Below are positions 11,594-24,408 of a stretch of 64,000 nt of DNA, piece by piece. The stretch covers positions 135,842,001-135,906,000 of the forward strand of contig NC_043000.1 in assembly GCF_006345805.1 (NCBI RefSeq), read 5' to 3'. The translations under genes and the position numbers were made by a program. Origin of the DNA: Octopus sinensis. Its lineage: Eukaryota. Numbering within the stretch: the first letter of the stretch is position 1; each line of letters starts with the position of its first letter. The notes beneath the pieces were generated by a model. The model was not told the origin of the DNA and searched no databases. It worked only from the letters and a program-made list of their open reading frames with translations.

Positions 11594-12158
11594 ATATAGA
11601 ATCTTGTAAAGATCGTTATCACTGCTGTTTCACATCCATGGTTCCGTAGAATTCTTAAATTTAAGTAATTGCTTTAAAGAAGTTTTGGGTGTAGGAAAGT
11701 ATATATGCTCTCTGAAAAATACAGTCACCGGGATAAAGAAATGATTGATTAAAAGCAGCATCATAATTTCTTTCATTGGTTTTAGTCTGTAACGAAACTG
11801 AAGTACGGTCTCCAAGGGTTTTAGTCGATTATGTCGACCTCAGTATCAGTTTCAGGCTGTTTTGTTTTATCTTATTCGTGTATATTTAAGCAGCTGAATA
11901 GCATTTTACACACGGTATAGTGATTTACTTTCTCCGGTAGAATAATGCCAAGCACGTAAATACTAACATATAGGCGTAGAAGGATAAATCAACCAAAACT
12001 GACGATAATGATCTTAACCACGTTGAACAGTTCTGAGCGCCTTTAAAACTAGTAGTAAAAAGGAGTGACTAGAATCTATAATTGTACACACACACACACA
12101 CGTACACATGTATGTATATATGAATGCATGCATGCTTGTGCATATATATGTATGTACT

Positions 12159-12226
<68 letters not shown>

Positions 12227-14047
12227 TGTGTACACGATGGGCTTCAGCACAGTTTCTGTCTACCGAATTACATGAACAAGTTAGTTGTCATCTCGAAGTT
12301 ATGGCAGAAAACAGTTGGATATCGCCCGACACCACGTAGTTGCATTATGCATTCACTCATTATTATTTGAAATTTTTCACACCAGCAGATGATTCCACAC
12401 CATTTTGTATATAGTCATAGACAGCGATTTAGTTTGCATCGGGCTTCGTTTCGGGAGCGCGTTATTGACAAGACACAAAAATGTGACTAGAATGACTTTG
12501 GGTCAAACTATAGCTTAGGGGTGGAATTTTTTAGGCAGAAGCTGTAGAGAAGCCTGTAGGGGGAACCGTTCCTGTTCTAGGGTAGTCAACTTCATACAAT
12601 ACCTGTTTTAAGACCATCACTGGGACATTTGTTTATATTTATCAGATTTCATTAACTTGTAGGTACTTGGATCAACCCTACTAGTCGCAGCAATTCCTAA
12701 AACGGTTTATAGGTACTTGCCTTCCTTCTCTGCCCAAGCTAGTAAAAAAGAAGTTTTGAATCTGAGTAATATATCTTCAAGATTTGATTGTCTAAAAGTT
12801 TGTTTCAGGCTCAACACTAATGCTGTAGAGTTCTTTAGTTTTTTAAGCAGCCATTGGAAGCCTTACCTTTAATAATCAGTTCTTTAATCAACGCTTGAGA
12901 ATAAATATGCGCCACTGGCAACAGAAGTTCAGTATCCAACTAGTTATGGATATTTCCATTTATCTATGTCTCTAATGATCTTGAAAAAAAAAAACGAAAA
13001 AATTAGAAACGAAAATAAAAAAACCAAAAAAAAAATGAACATTGCAAATTCGATTCATTTCCTCATTCCCCTACAGCTACTAGCATTAATAACATAGTGA
13101 TACGAAGATACCGCAGATTAGAAAACATTTACAAAATGAATTATATTTATATCACACACACGTAATATGAATAAAATATTGTTTGAAACTAGAACTTAAA
13201 ATTTCAAGCGAAACGACTGATTTCCCCTAGAGTTTTACTTCATAATTCGTCAATCGGATTCTAAGATAAATTCTACCCCGTTATTACTCGATAATTCTAT
13301 TTTTTCTTCCTTTGACATATTGAATACTTCTTCTCACCTACTGTCATTAACATTAGGGAATCTGTATTGAAAATAGAATAATAAATGAAAAAATTTTCTG
13401 CAATGAAAATAACATTTAGGTCTTTGGAGATATGACACTCTTTGCCGCATGCAATAGCATTTAGTAAGTTTTGATTGCATTGGTTGGATTAAATTTCTGG
13501 AGAGTAATTTGACATATTGGCATCAATTTCTGTGGTAGCATATTGATTGATTTGTTTTTGAACAAGATGTAAATAAAATAGATAAATTGCCATATTTTCG
13601 TCATTACAAAATCAGGCTTTAGAAGAAAAGGTAACTGTATCTAGTTATAATCGTTCATTTTATATTATACCGGACTATATGCATTAATAATTTTACTATT
13701 CTTTACATTACACTTCAAGTGATACATTTTCTTTTCTAAGTTTTTCTCCGTAATTTTCATCTACTTATAGATCAGCACCTGAGAAATTACTCTCCAAGGA
13801 ACAGGCCTGTGCAAGATTATTTTAAGAAAGACTAATAGTTGCCCCTGCATACGTATCTCTCATTTCCACATCATAGATGTTATGTAAGGGACAAGTGAGA
13901 GTTGATACAACTTAGCAACTAGTGTCATCGTAGGCATTGCACCAGAACGAAAAAACACGCCTGAACAGATATGGTAAGGCATTCCGTTTACCATTTCACC
14001 GATTACCGAGAGGATGAAAAGCATAGTTGACCTTGGCTGCATTTGAA

Positions 14048-14241
14048 ATTCCCTTTCTTTACTAAACAGAGTTCTTCCCAAGTTCACTTGTCAGTCCTCT
14101 TTTTCAGGGGACATATTACCGGAAATTTAGTCTACTGTCGAAATATATAACAAGCCGCCTATTGGGAATTTTATCATCATCATCATCGTCGTCGTCGTCG
14201 TTGTTGATGTTATGGTATAAGGCGGCGAGCTGGCAGAATCG
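14048..14241 (+). repeat. Left arm of an inverted duplication (partner at 17637-17828)
   Basis: Unique flank, (CAT)n(CGT)n(TGT) microsatellite and SINE C head. Matches the reverse complement of 17637-17828 with roughly 8 substitutions and one indel of about 10 bp. Confidence 0.9.
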
Positions 14242-14384
14242 CCGTGCAGAATACTTAGCGGCATTTCGATTCGTCACCTCAAGACATAAGAAAATTGAAC
14301 ATGCAAAAGCCGTTGAAGAGAATTGATACAGTATTAGCCAAAAGATTCATAGGTTTTTGAATAATTATCATAATGATGATGGTG

Positions 14385-14605
14385 ATGATAGATAAAAAAA
14401 TCAATATGAGGTGCATAGGAAAAATATCAAAGTACCAGGATCTAGCCATTAAATTACTGAGACTATGGATAGTGCGGGCAAAATGTATCCCAGTTATAAG
14501 TGCATTAGATAGCAAGGGTACTTAGGAGGTTTCTTGGTATCTAAGGTTACTTGTTGCAGCCCGATATTAGGAATTTTTATTTTCCAACAGTCAAATCTAT
14601 TGTGC
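14385..14605. mobile_element. Degenerate RLE-type LINE C-terminal fragment, apparently internally inverted
   Basis: Plus strand gives ISKYQDLAIKLLRLWIVRAKCIPVI. Minus strand 14515-14600 gives IPNIGLQQVTLDT, resembling the motif that normally follows. Confidence 0.45.
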
Positions 14606-14610
14606 GTATA

Positions 14611-14692
<82 letters not shown>

Positions 14693-14717
14693 TAATAATG
14701 ATGATGATAATAATAAT

Positions 14718-15384
14718 ATGTGCAGAATATGTGGAGATGGACAAGAAACAATAAATCATATTATCTCTAGCTGCCCAGTCCTGGCTAAGAAGGAATACAT
14801 TCACAGACATGACAGAGTTGGAACCTACATACATTGGAAGCTATGCCAACATTATGGAATAACAACAGAAAAAAGATGGTATAGGCACACACCAGAAAAG
14901 GTCACAGAAAACGAGAAAGCAACCATACTCTGGGATATACCGATACACACAGATAGAGAAATTAAGGTCAACAGACCAGATATAGTTGTCAGAGATCATG
15001 AAGAAAAAAAATGCTTTCTAATTGATGTATCAATACCGGCAGATGACAACGTGTCTCTAAAAGAAATGGAGAAACTCTCAAAATACAAAGACCTGGAAAT
15101 AGAGGTAACTAGAATGTGGAACCTGAAAACAGAAACAATTCCTATCATAGTAGGTGCATTAGGCATGATAAAAAAATATTCAGACAAATACATAACAAAA
15201 ACACCAGGACTTAGAAACACATATAACATACAGAAAATTGCACTACTAGGCACTGCACACATCCTACGCAGAACACTTTCCATACAATAACGATCAGAGC
15301 ATCACAACAAATCACAGCACATACCCAAGGCACACAGAGCTGCGCTCGGTAGTGAAGTGAAAGCACGCTATAAAAATAAAACTA

Positions 15385-15387
<3 letters not shown>
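14718..15387 (+). mobile_element. 5'-truncated R4/Dong-like non-LTR retrotransposon inserted in (AAT)n
   Basis: Uninterrupted frame CRICGDGQETINHIISSCP (CCHC), NRPDIVVRD...IDVSIP...EK.SKY.DL (PD-D/ExK RLE), PIIVGALG, stop at 15290, about 100-bp 3' UTR. Flanked by (AAT)n at 14611-14717 and 15388-15474. Confidence 0.9.
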
Positions 15388-15475
<88 letters not shown>

Positions 15476-15477
<2 letters not shown>

Positions 15478-15806
15478 GCCCTGATGCATTACCATGCAGT
15501 GGCTCTCGTGGCTTCTGATCTTAACTCATTGGAAGTGTTATCCTGTACATTGTTTTGTGTTGGTATAAAAGATGGGCTACAGCAAATATTCTGCTCGATA
15601 CTACAGATTTGCTTGTCAGTTGTTTGACCTTAGCCAGTTGAGCATGTCCCTTAGTGACTGACGATATGTGCATCTCTGATCACGAGCAGAAGTAATGGGG
15701 GTGCATCATAGCCATGTGTTGAGAGAGATTAATTGGGGTTTGAATAATTCACCTCTGGAAACATGGGTGTTTCGTTCAACATACTCAAATAACCGTTATT
15801 CGAGGA
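15476..15806 (+). mobile_element. Interspersed repeat abutting (AAT)n (family E), truncated
   Basis: Matches the reverse complement of part of 20902-21422, which also abuts (ATT)n. Confidence 0.8.
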
Positions 15807-15809
15807 TCT

Positions 15810-16085
15810 TTTGTGCCTAATAATCGACGTGGCGGTGCCAAGAGATCAACATATTATCATGAAAGACAAATGGTCGACAAATATGGAGATCTGAAAACTG
15901 AGATCGCCAAGATGTTTCAGCTGCGAGAGTAAAACACTCAGGTTGTTCCTATTATCATCGGAACATTCCAGCCTGAGGAAACATCTGGACACTTTAGAAA
16001 TACCCTACAATCTAGATGTATTGCAAAAACCGGCTGTACTTGGAACTACGCGCATACGGCGTAAAGTACTGTCTGTCTGAGGTCC
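15810..16085 (+). mobile_element. Third degenerate RLE-type LINE 3' fragment
   Basis: CLIIDVAVPRDQ...DKYGDLKTEIAKM...VVPIIIG...LDVLQKPAVLGTTRIRRKVLSV* across frameshifts. Confidence 0.75.
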
Positions 16086-16231
16086 TATGTTGAGATTTTA
16101 TAGACAGTACAAACCCTCAGTAGACACAATATCTTCAATCTACAACATCGTAGTATTGGATTGGATACTGTGCGACGTCTTCAAAAATAATTTCCAAGTT
16201 TTGACACAAGACCAGCAATTTTGCGGGGAAG

Positions 16232-17665
16232 GAGTAAGTCGATTACATCGATTATATATTTCTTTATTGCCCACAAGGAGCTAAACATAGAGGGGGCAAA
16301 TAAGGACAGACAAAGGGATTAAGTCGATTACAACGACCCCAGTGCGAAACTGGTACTTAATTTATCGACCCCGAAAGGATGAAAGGCAAAGTGGACCTCG
16401 GTGGAATTTGAACTCAGAACGTAGCGGTAGAGGAAATAACGCTAAGCATTTCACCCGACGTGCTAACGATTCTGCCAGCTCACCGCCTATTTCAACTCGT
16501 ATTTATTTTATCGATTTCGAAAGGATAAAAGGGAAAGTAGACCTCGGTGGAATTCGAAATCAGAACGTAGAGACGATCGAGATACCTATTTCTTTACTAC
16601 CCACAGGGGGCTAAACATAGAGGGGACAAACAAGGACAGACAAAGGGATTAAGTCGATTACAACGACCCCAGTGCGAAACTGGTACTTATTTAATCAATC
16701 CCGGAAGGATGAAAGGCAAAGTCGACTTCGCCGGAATTTGAACTCAGAACGTAACGGCAGACGAAATACCGCTAAGCATTTTACCCGACGTGCTAACGAT
16801 TCTGCCAGCTCACCGCCTATATCAACTCGTATTTATTTTATCGACTTCGAAAGGATAAAAGGGAAAGTAGACCTCGGTGGAATTCGAAATCAGAACGTAG
16901 AGACGATCGAAATACCTATTTCTTTACTACCCACAGGGGGATAAACACAGAAAGGACAAAGAAGGACAGACAAACGGATTAAGTCGATTACATCGACCCC
17001 AGTGCGTAACTAGTACTTATTTAATCGACCCCGAAAGAATGAAAGGCAAAGTCGACCACGGCGGAATTTGAACTCGGAACGTAACCGCAGACGAAATATC
17101 TATTTCTTTACTACCCACAAGGAGCTAAACACAGAGAGGACAAATAAGGACAGACAAAGGGATTAAGTCGATTACAACGACCCCAGTGCGAAACTGGTAC
17201 TTTATTTATCGACCCCGAAAGGATGAAAGGCAAAGTGGACCTCGGCGGAATTTGAACTCAGAACGTAGCGGCAGACGAAAGAACGCTAAGCATTTCACCC
17301 GACGTGCTAACGATTCTGCCAGCTCGCCGCCTATATCAACTCGTATTTATTTTATCGACTTCGAAAGGATAAAAGGGAAAGTAGACCTCGGTGGAATTCG
17401 AAATCAGAACGTAGAGACGATCGAAATACCTATTTCTTTACTACCCACAGGGGGCTAAAAACAGAGAGGACAAACAAGGACAGACAAATGGATTAAGTCG
17501 ATTACAACGACCCCAGTGCGAAACTGGTACTTTATTTATCGACCCCGAAAGGATGAAAGGCAAAGTCGACCTCGGCGGAATTTGAACTCAGAACGTAACG
17601 GCAGACGAAATAACCCTAAGCATTTCGCCCAGCGCGCTAACGATTCTGCCAGCTCGCCGCCTTAT
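16232..17665 (-). repeat. Tandem array of SINE family C units (330-bp and 184-bp periods)
   Basis: Homologous ORF-track starts at 16342, 16672, 17186 and 17516 give spacings of 330, 514 (330+184) and 330 bp. Confidence 0.9.
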
Positions 17666-17828
17666 ATCATAACATCAACAACGACGACGACGACGGCGAT
17701 GATGATGATGATAAAATTCACAATAGGCGGCTTTCGACAGTAGACTAAATTTCCGGCAATATGTCCCCGGAAAAAGAGGACTGGCAAGTGAACTAGGAAA
17801 GAACTCTGTTTTTGTAAAGAAAGGGAAT
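17637..17828 (-). repeat. Right arm of the inverted duplication (partner at 14048-14241)
   Basis: Reverse complement matches 14048-14241. Confidence 0.9.
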
Positions 17829-18296
17829 GGTTATTTCCGATTATTATATAGTGGCGTAAAACTGGAGATAAGAACTTGTCCTTAAAACCTATTTCGGTTT
17901 AGGATATATCTACCCTTTCTTTCTCTATTCAAATCGATCGTCCGGAAAATTCAAATATTCGTTACAATACGGGTCTGAAATCCAATAACCAAATGAATGA
18001 TTTATTCGCGGTCAATTGACGAAGCAGGAAAATGTGATATAAGTAAAATAAATTTTCTAGCGAAAATAAACAGACCATCTGATATTCTCAAATGCCGAAG
18101 GTTAAAGATTAACCATGAGGGTATGTTAACAATGTTCTTGCTGCTCTCACCAAAACATGCTTTATCAGTATTTAACAAGATTTAGTTGTAGTTTTTCTTC
18201 TAGAATCTATTTAACAATAAAAGAGCGGATAATCTTTAATTCCACCTCAAAACAGTTGGCCGAACGGAGAAAGCATTGATTTGTTGTTTTTTTTTA

Positions 18297-18348
<52 letters not shown>

Positions 18349-18362
18349 ACACACACATGAAT

Positions 18363-18402
<40 letters not shown>

Positions 18403-19204
18403 TTCATTGGTGTATACATGTGTATATCTGACTTGACCTGCTTATTCGCTCTCTATTTCTTTCTGTCTCTCTCTGAATGTGTGTATGTGCTTGTGTGTGT
18501 GTGTGTGTGAGTGTGTGCGTGCGTGCGTGTGTGTGTGTGTGTGTGTGCGTGTGTGCGTGCGTGTGTGTGTGTATGTGTGTGTGTGTATGCGTGCTTGTGT
18601 GTGTGTGTGAGTGTGTGCGTGCGTGTGTGTGTGTGTGTATGCGTGCTTGTGTGTATGTGTATGTATGTGTATGTGTGTGTGTGCGGGGGTGGGGAGCTTG
18701 TATGTACAGAAGTTAACATATTTGCAGAGACCAAAAGTTTCTATTATTTACTTCCCAATCTTTTTCTTTGACGAAAAGTTAGAGAAACATTTTAGTAGGT
18801 GTTTGGTCAGTTAAGCTGATTAGTCTTTTAGTATTAAGGAAAAAAAAATAAAAAAAATAAAATAGCCTGTCCTATTAAGAATTTTTCATCAATATACGAT
18901 GTGAAACTCTGTCTTTAAAGGATTCCAATAATCTTTCAAAAATATTATCACCTACCTTGGTGACGAAATATCGATGGATTTTTTTCGCTCTACAATATTA
19001 TCTTGTCTTAAGCAAGAATATGAAAATAAAGTTATTACTAAGTAACAGCAACTGTATAGATTTTCCATTTTTATCAAAAAGTGGGAGACAGGCCTGAAGC
19101 ATAAAGATATGATGAGTATAAATTTATGAGTAGAGGTACTGTATAATGCACAACTATTTACTTTCTTGTTGATTTTTGCTCTCTCTCTTTCTTCATCTAT
19201 CTAT

Positions 19205-19272
<68 letters not shown>

Positions 19273-19277
19273 TTATC

Positions 19278-19319
<42 letters not shown>

Positions 19320-19369
19320 ATATGTGTGTGTGTGTGTGGTGTGTGTGTGTGTATATATATGTGTGTGTG

Positions 19370-19565
19370 TGACCGCGTGTGTATCGTTGGCGATTTTTTT
19401 CCTCCGTCTTCCTTTCCTTGGATTTTTCCTTTTCCTCTGTTTCTGACGAAGAGCTCCGCTCGAAACGTTAAATCCTCCTTCTTTCTTTCCTTTCCTGAGC
19501 GTCCAATAACACTATACTTGTTCCACGTCCACGCGCTGTTGTGTTTTCATGTTTAGATTAACTTT
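19370..19565 (+). mobile_element. Penelope-like terminal repeat relic with hammerhead-like motif
   Basis: CTGACGA-A-GAGC-TCC-GCTC-GAAAC-GTT at 19443-19469. Second copy of the repeat at 49978-50175. Confidence 0.65.
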
Positions 19566-19570
19566 ATATA

Positions 19571-19610
<40 letters not shown>

Positions 19611-19619
19611 CCAACCAGT

Positions 19620-19830
19620 TGCCATGACTGATCGCTAAATCGACAAGCCTTTTCATTCTCTCCCTGATTATTTCCTAATATTCCTTTCTGTTGAAGAGCG
19701 TAGGCTAGAAACGTAAAAGACTTGGTCACTTTCCCGAGTGTCAAACTATACACCTGCTTGTTGTTCATACACCTGTCTTCATCTTTTGTTTTTCTGTAAA
19801 TTTCAGCTATACATATATAGATATATATAC
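19620..19830 (+). mobile_element. Second Penelope-like relic with hammerhead-like motif
   Basis: CTTT-CTGTTGA-A-GAGC-GTAG-GCTA-GAAAC-GTA-AAAG at 19684-19719. Confidence 0.55.
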
Positions 19831-20901
19831 GAAGTGAAGTAAATGTTAAGGAAACAAAAGTTGCGTAATCACCTTCATTAGCTTACAGCTGTTTCTGCTA
19901 CATGTTGCAGTGCACTCAGAGCTGAGTGTACATCACCTTAAAGTTTCTTCAGAACTTCGAATATATTATGTTTAATAATTCTATTTTTATTAACAATAAC
20001 TTCGAGGACTTGCCACTCGCCTGTCTGTCTATGCCGAGAACAGATAAAACTTCGAAATCACTTTTAAAGATCACTTTTACGTTTCATCACACGGATTATG
20101 CCAACCGTCTAGCAAAGTTTCACTCGAAACGAATTCTAAACATTTAACTCTGCTTTTAATATGCTTTTAGTATTTACCAGTAAATGTTCTGTTGTTATTC
20201 TTAAAATTTATTTAGAATATTAAACTTAATTAAGCACGCACATACATGCATAAAATACAAAGACATTTTCATGATAGCAACGATTATAACAATAGCATCC
20301 CACTACAGGAGGAATGCCTCTCAGAAGTAACGAAGGAACCCTCAGATTCAGAGTCATCCCTACCACTGGGAGGCGCACTTCTACCGTCTGCTCTCTCCAT
20401 CCTATATCCATCTCTCCATTAATTTCTGTCCCGTGTTCAAAGACCGGATGACTTCCATTTACAGTAGTTTCTGTATGTACGCATTTGTGTATTCTAGCAT
20501 TGCTGACTGGTGGAGTAGATATCTTCTCCTAGCTGGTGTGGATAATGTCTCCAGTAAAGTTGGGGGAGGGTAGCGAAATGATTCACATGAATGGACCAAT
20601 TCTCTGTATGTGCCTGTAGACCGAAGATTGACAAGTAAGAGAGAACATTTGTATATTGTTTGCCAGAGTAATCGTCGAAACATGGAGTTTCTTCATTTGG
20701 TCTAGATGGATGTTTTTCCCTTTTTCATCTTTATCCTCCTCTTTTTATGTTCCTTTTTTCCTTTTTGTCTCTTCTTTATATAAGTTCCCATTCTGATCAA
20801 TGTAAAGCCACACTGTGTTACATCTTGTTGTTCGTTCTTACTCCACCCCAACGCGTTTGGATGTTTGTGGCCAATAAATTATTATTATTATTATTATTAT
20901 T

Positions 20902-21422
20902 ACTGTAAGAGAAAGCAGTGCATGCCATCAAAGTGACACTGGGTTAAAATATACGAAGCCTAGTATACTCATCATGACTATCCGTCTGATAAGGGTGAAC
21001 CAGAGACATGCACCACAACCATATGTGTGGGATATGGTGACTTCATATCAAGATAAACAGCGTATGAACTTACTGGTGGGGCCCAGTTAGAATTTTCTTG
21101 AGGCTGAGTAGCCCATCCCGCCCAAAAGGTCCTTGAATAAGGGTTGTTTAAAAATGTTGAACGAAATACTCATGTTTCCAGAAGTGAATTATTCAAACCC
21201 CAAAGAATTCCTCTCAACACATGGTTATGATCCTTTCCCACTACTTCAAATCGTGATCAGAGATGCATGTATCATCACCCACCAAAGGATATGCTCAACT
21301 AGTTAAGGTCAAACAACTGACAAGCAAATCTTTGGTATTGAGCAGAATATTTGCTGTAGCTCATCTTTTATACCAAGACAAGAAACAATGTACATGATAA
21401 CACTTCCAATCAGTTAAGATCA
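20902..21422 (-). mobile_element. Family E interspersed repeat ending in (AAT)n
   Basis: Homologous to 15476-15806. (ATT)n at about 20878-20901. Confidence 0.8.
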
Positions 21423-21814
21423 ATAAATATTATTGATGGACAAGGCTGAAAGGCATGAGGACAGATACATTCCTCTTTAGTAGGGCTCTCAATGACTTCT
21501 TCAAGTTCCACTTGAAAACGAAATTGAGAGTAGAGAGGGAAGTGCTGTCCTTGAGTGAGTTTATTAAAAGGCGGGTGATGGTTGCGAAAATGAGTCGGAA
21601 AGAAGGAATTGGAAAAGGCACTTGCACTTGGAGTTTTTGGGAAATCGTGGACAGTGGGGTTCTTCGATTATCCCTAGAGGCCTTCCTGTATCATCTCCCC
21701 GACACTGTTTTTTTTACTTTTGTATGCAATGTATATGTCCCTTCCTTTTCAGTGTATACCGTGTACACTTACTCTTTTTACCATTTCATTATATGTAAAC
21801 CCCCACACTTTATG

Positions 21815-21941
<127 letters not shown>

Positions 21942-22155
21942 AAGGGCAGCGAGATAGCAGACCCGTCAGCACGCCAGACAAAATGCTAAGTGGTATATCC
22001 TCTGTCCTTACGTTCGGATCTCAAATTCAACCGTGGTTGGCTTTGCTTTTTATCCCTTCAGGGTCAATAAAATAAGTACCAATTCACATTCGGGTCGATG
22101 TAATTGACTAGATACCTTCCCGTAAACTGGAGGCCTTGTGCCTATACTAGAAAAG
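21942..22155 (+). mobile_element. Diverged SINE family C copy
   Basis: Recognisable head, core GCTTTTTATCCCTTCAGGGTCAATAAAATAAGTACC and tail. Confidence 0.7.
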
Positions 22156-22525
22156 ATTATCATTATTATTAAGATGACAAATTGACGTAGTAGCTAGAAC
22201 TTTGGATTAGAATACTTTGGGTTATTTCTGGCTTCCTACGACCAGAGTTCAAATCTAGCCAAACAACTTTGCTTTTTTTATCCTTCTTTGGTCAACAAAC
22301 TACCAACCAAGGAATATGGTTAAGGCAATCTACTGCTCCACTTAGCAACAAAATTTCAGGCTTCCTGCCAAAATCAGTAGCATTTATTATTCTGGTGGTG
22401 TTTTTAAATATTTTATTATTGTAGCGCGGACTTATATGACATTATATATGCTTACATAAATAAAAGAATGGAATTGAATTGTTCATTCATTCACACACAT
22501 ACACACACAAACATAATATACATGA

Positions 22526-22605
<80 letters not shown>

Positions 22606-22768
22606 CATATACATCTATATATATATATACATACATATGTATATATGTATGTATATATATCTAACATTTTTACAAAGCAGGCACTCTCTCGTTATAGAAT
22701 GTATGCATATTCAGGTGCGTATACATATCTATAAACGTATGCATATATATATATATATATTATATATA

Positions 22769-22808
<40 letters not shown>

Positions 22809-24119
22809 TTAATCTGGAATTTGCAGCTACAGATTAACAGAGAACAACGCTCGGCCGAAGTAGCTTAAAAAAATATCCGCCTTTTCTCCTCTCGCTCTCT
22901 TTCCGACTATTAGTTGTTTACGAAAAACGTATCTCCAGGAAGTCTGTACGTCTGGAACTTTGGAAATATGGTTAATTTCTTCAATATATTGGTACAAAAC
23001 TATACAGCTTAAATAGAAGTTTTTTTTCTCTCATTTTTCAAGCGTGAGTATGTGATAAAAAGAATAAAAAAAAACAAAGGGTTGTCTTGGTATTCTTTTT
23101 TAAAAAAGAAATTCAACTTTCTTTAGCATACCGGATTCTTAGAATGATAATCAATAAGGGGGGAAGTGAAAGTAAAAACAATGTACGAAGAAAAGAAATA
23201 AAACAAGCTACTAATAACAGATCTGCTGGTATAAAGAGAAAGTACGAAATGTGAAAAGAACGAAAGAATGACAGAAATTGAAAGAATAGAAGAAAGAAAA
23301 AGCAACAAAAGAGAATATATATGGGACTGCATGAACACAATAACTCTTATACCTCTGCAAAATAGAAGCTTATTAACAATGACTCGTCAAAAGTAATCTT
23401 TGTGAAGAACAAATAAAATAAATAATAACATTTATATACCTTAGTTTGATACATTGAATATATTAATGCTGCTGTTCTGGAATCTGGGGTCTGGGTATAA
23501 TCGGGTTGTATAACTCTGAAAGGATTGTGAATGCAAAATCTTTTACTTCTGGAAATATTTGATAAAATATTGAATGTTCAAGAATGTCTTATACAATAAG
23601 TCCATAGATGGAAGGGTTCCAACTCTGCATTTACTAAAAGAAAAAGCTGAGGAATATATTCCTATGTAGAAAAACAGGTCGCAGTTATTGAGGTGTTAAA
23701 ATTAGACGTAGTGGTGAAAGGTCGTGGGATTGCTTATATAGTGTTACGGCATATCTTTCATTTCCTTGGCGTGATGATCTTGCAACGCTGTTTCTAATCC
23801 CCCGTGTAAAACCATCATTCTTTACTCATACCGTACTTATCCTTAGAAGAAAATGTGGCTGTCACATCATCTCATTTCTCCTCTTCACTGAATCTGGATC
23901 TTGTGCATGTATCAAAATTCATGTTACTATGTGTGGATAGATGAACAGAAAGGGGTTTCTATACGTGATTTAAGTTATTTCAGATCATGAATGTCACAGA
24001 TTACAATTTCCCTTTCCGTTAAAATGTGAGATCTGCTTGATCAGTTACAAATATTAATGATTTAAATGTATTTCCGTATTTAGCTTTGTTGTTCCATGCA
24101 GTGAATTAAAGTAGTGCTG

Positions 24120-24408
24120 AGGTCGGTAAAGGTTCTCAGAAAGTGATGAGCAGAATGTAACCATTTCTCAACGTGCAGGTCATTATTTGATGAACGTTGC
24201 CAACTCCATTTTCCATCGCAAGTTTTAGGCTAATGGGACAAGTTTTAGATGGGTTCTACTTAATTCAAAGCATATCAGAGGCATCAGGAATCAATCAGAC
24301 AGGTGGGCGGAATGAAGACTGTTACCGCCAGATCGAAGACACCCCTAATTCTTGCAACAGAGTGATCTCCACTAAAGACACCCAAGTGTCAGGTTGTAGT
24401 GTTAAAGC
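24120..24408 (-). pseudogene. Possible decayed exon resembling the second half of a C-type lectin domain
   Basis: Acceptor GTCATAG at 24409. Frame DTWVSL...SIWR*Q...PPV*...KTC...MTCTLRNGYI, with W/C spacing like a CTLD and several stops. The end coordinate is approximate. Confidence 0.2.

Noticed and set aside
16232-17665. Regularly spaced repeats as a CRISPR array (also 48088-49086)
   Set aside because: Units are 184-330 bp SINE bodies without unique spacers. No cas genes, and the context is eukaryotic.
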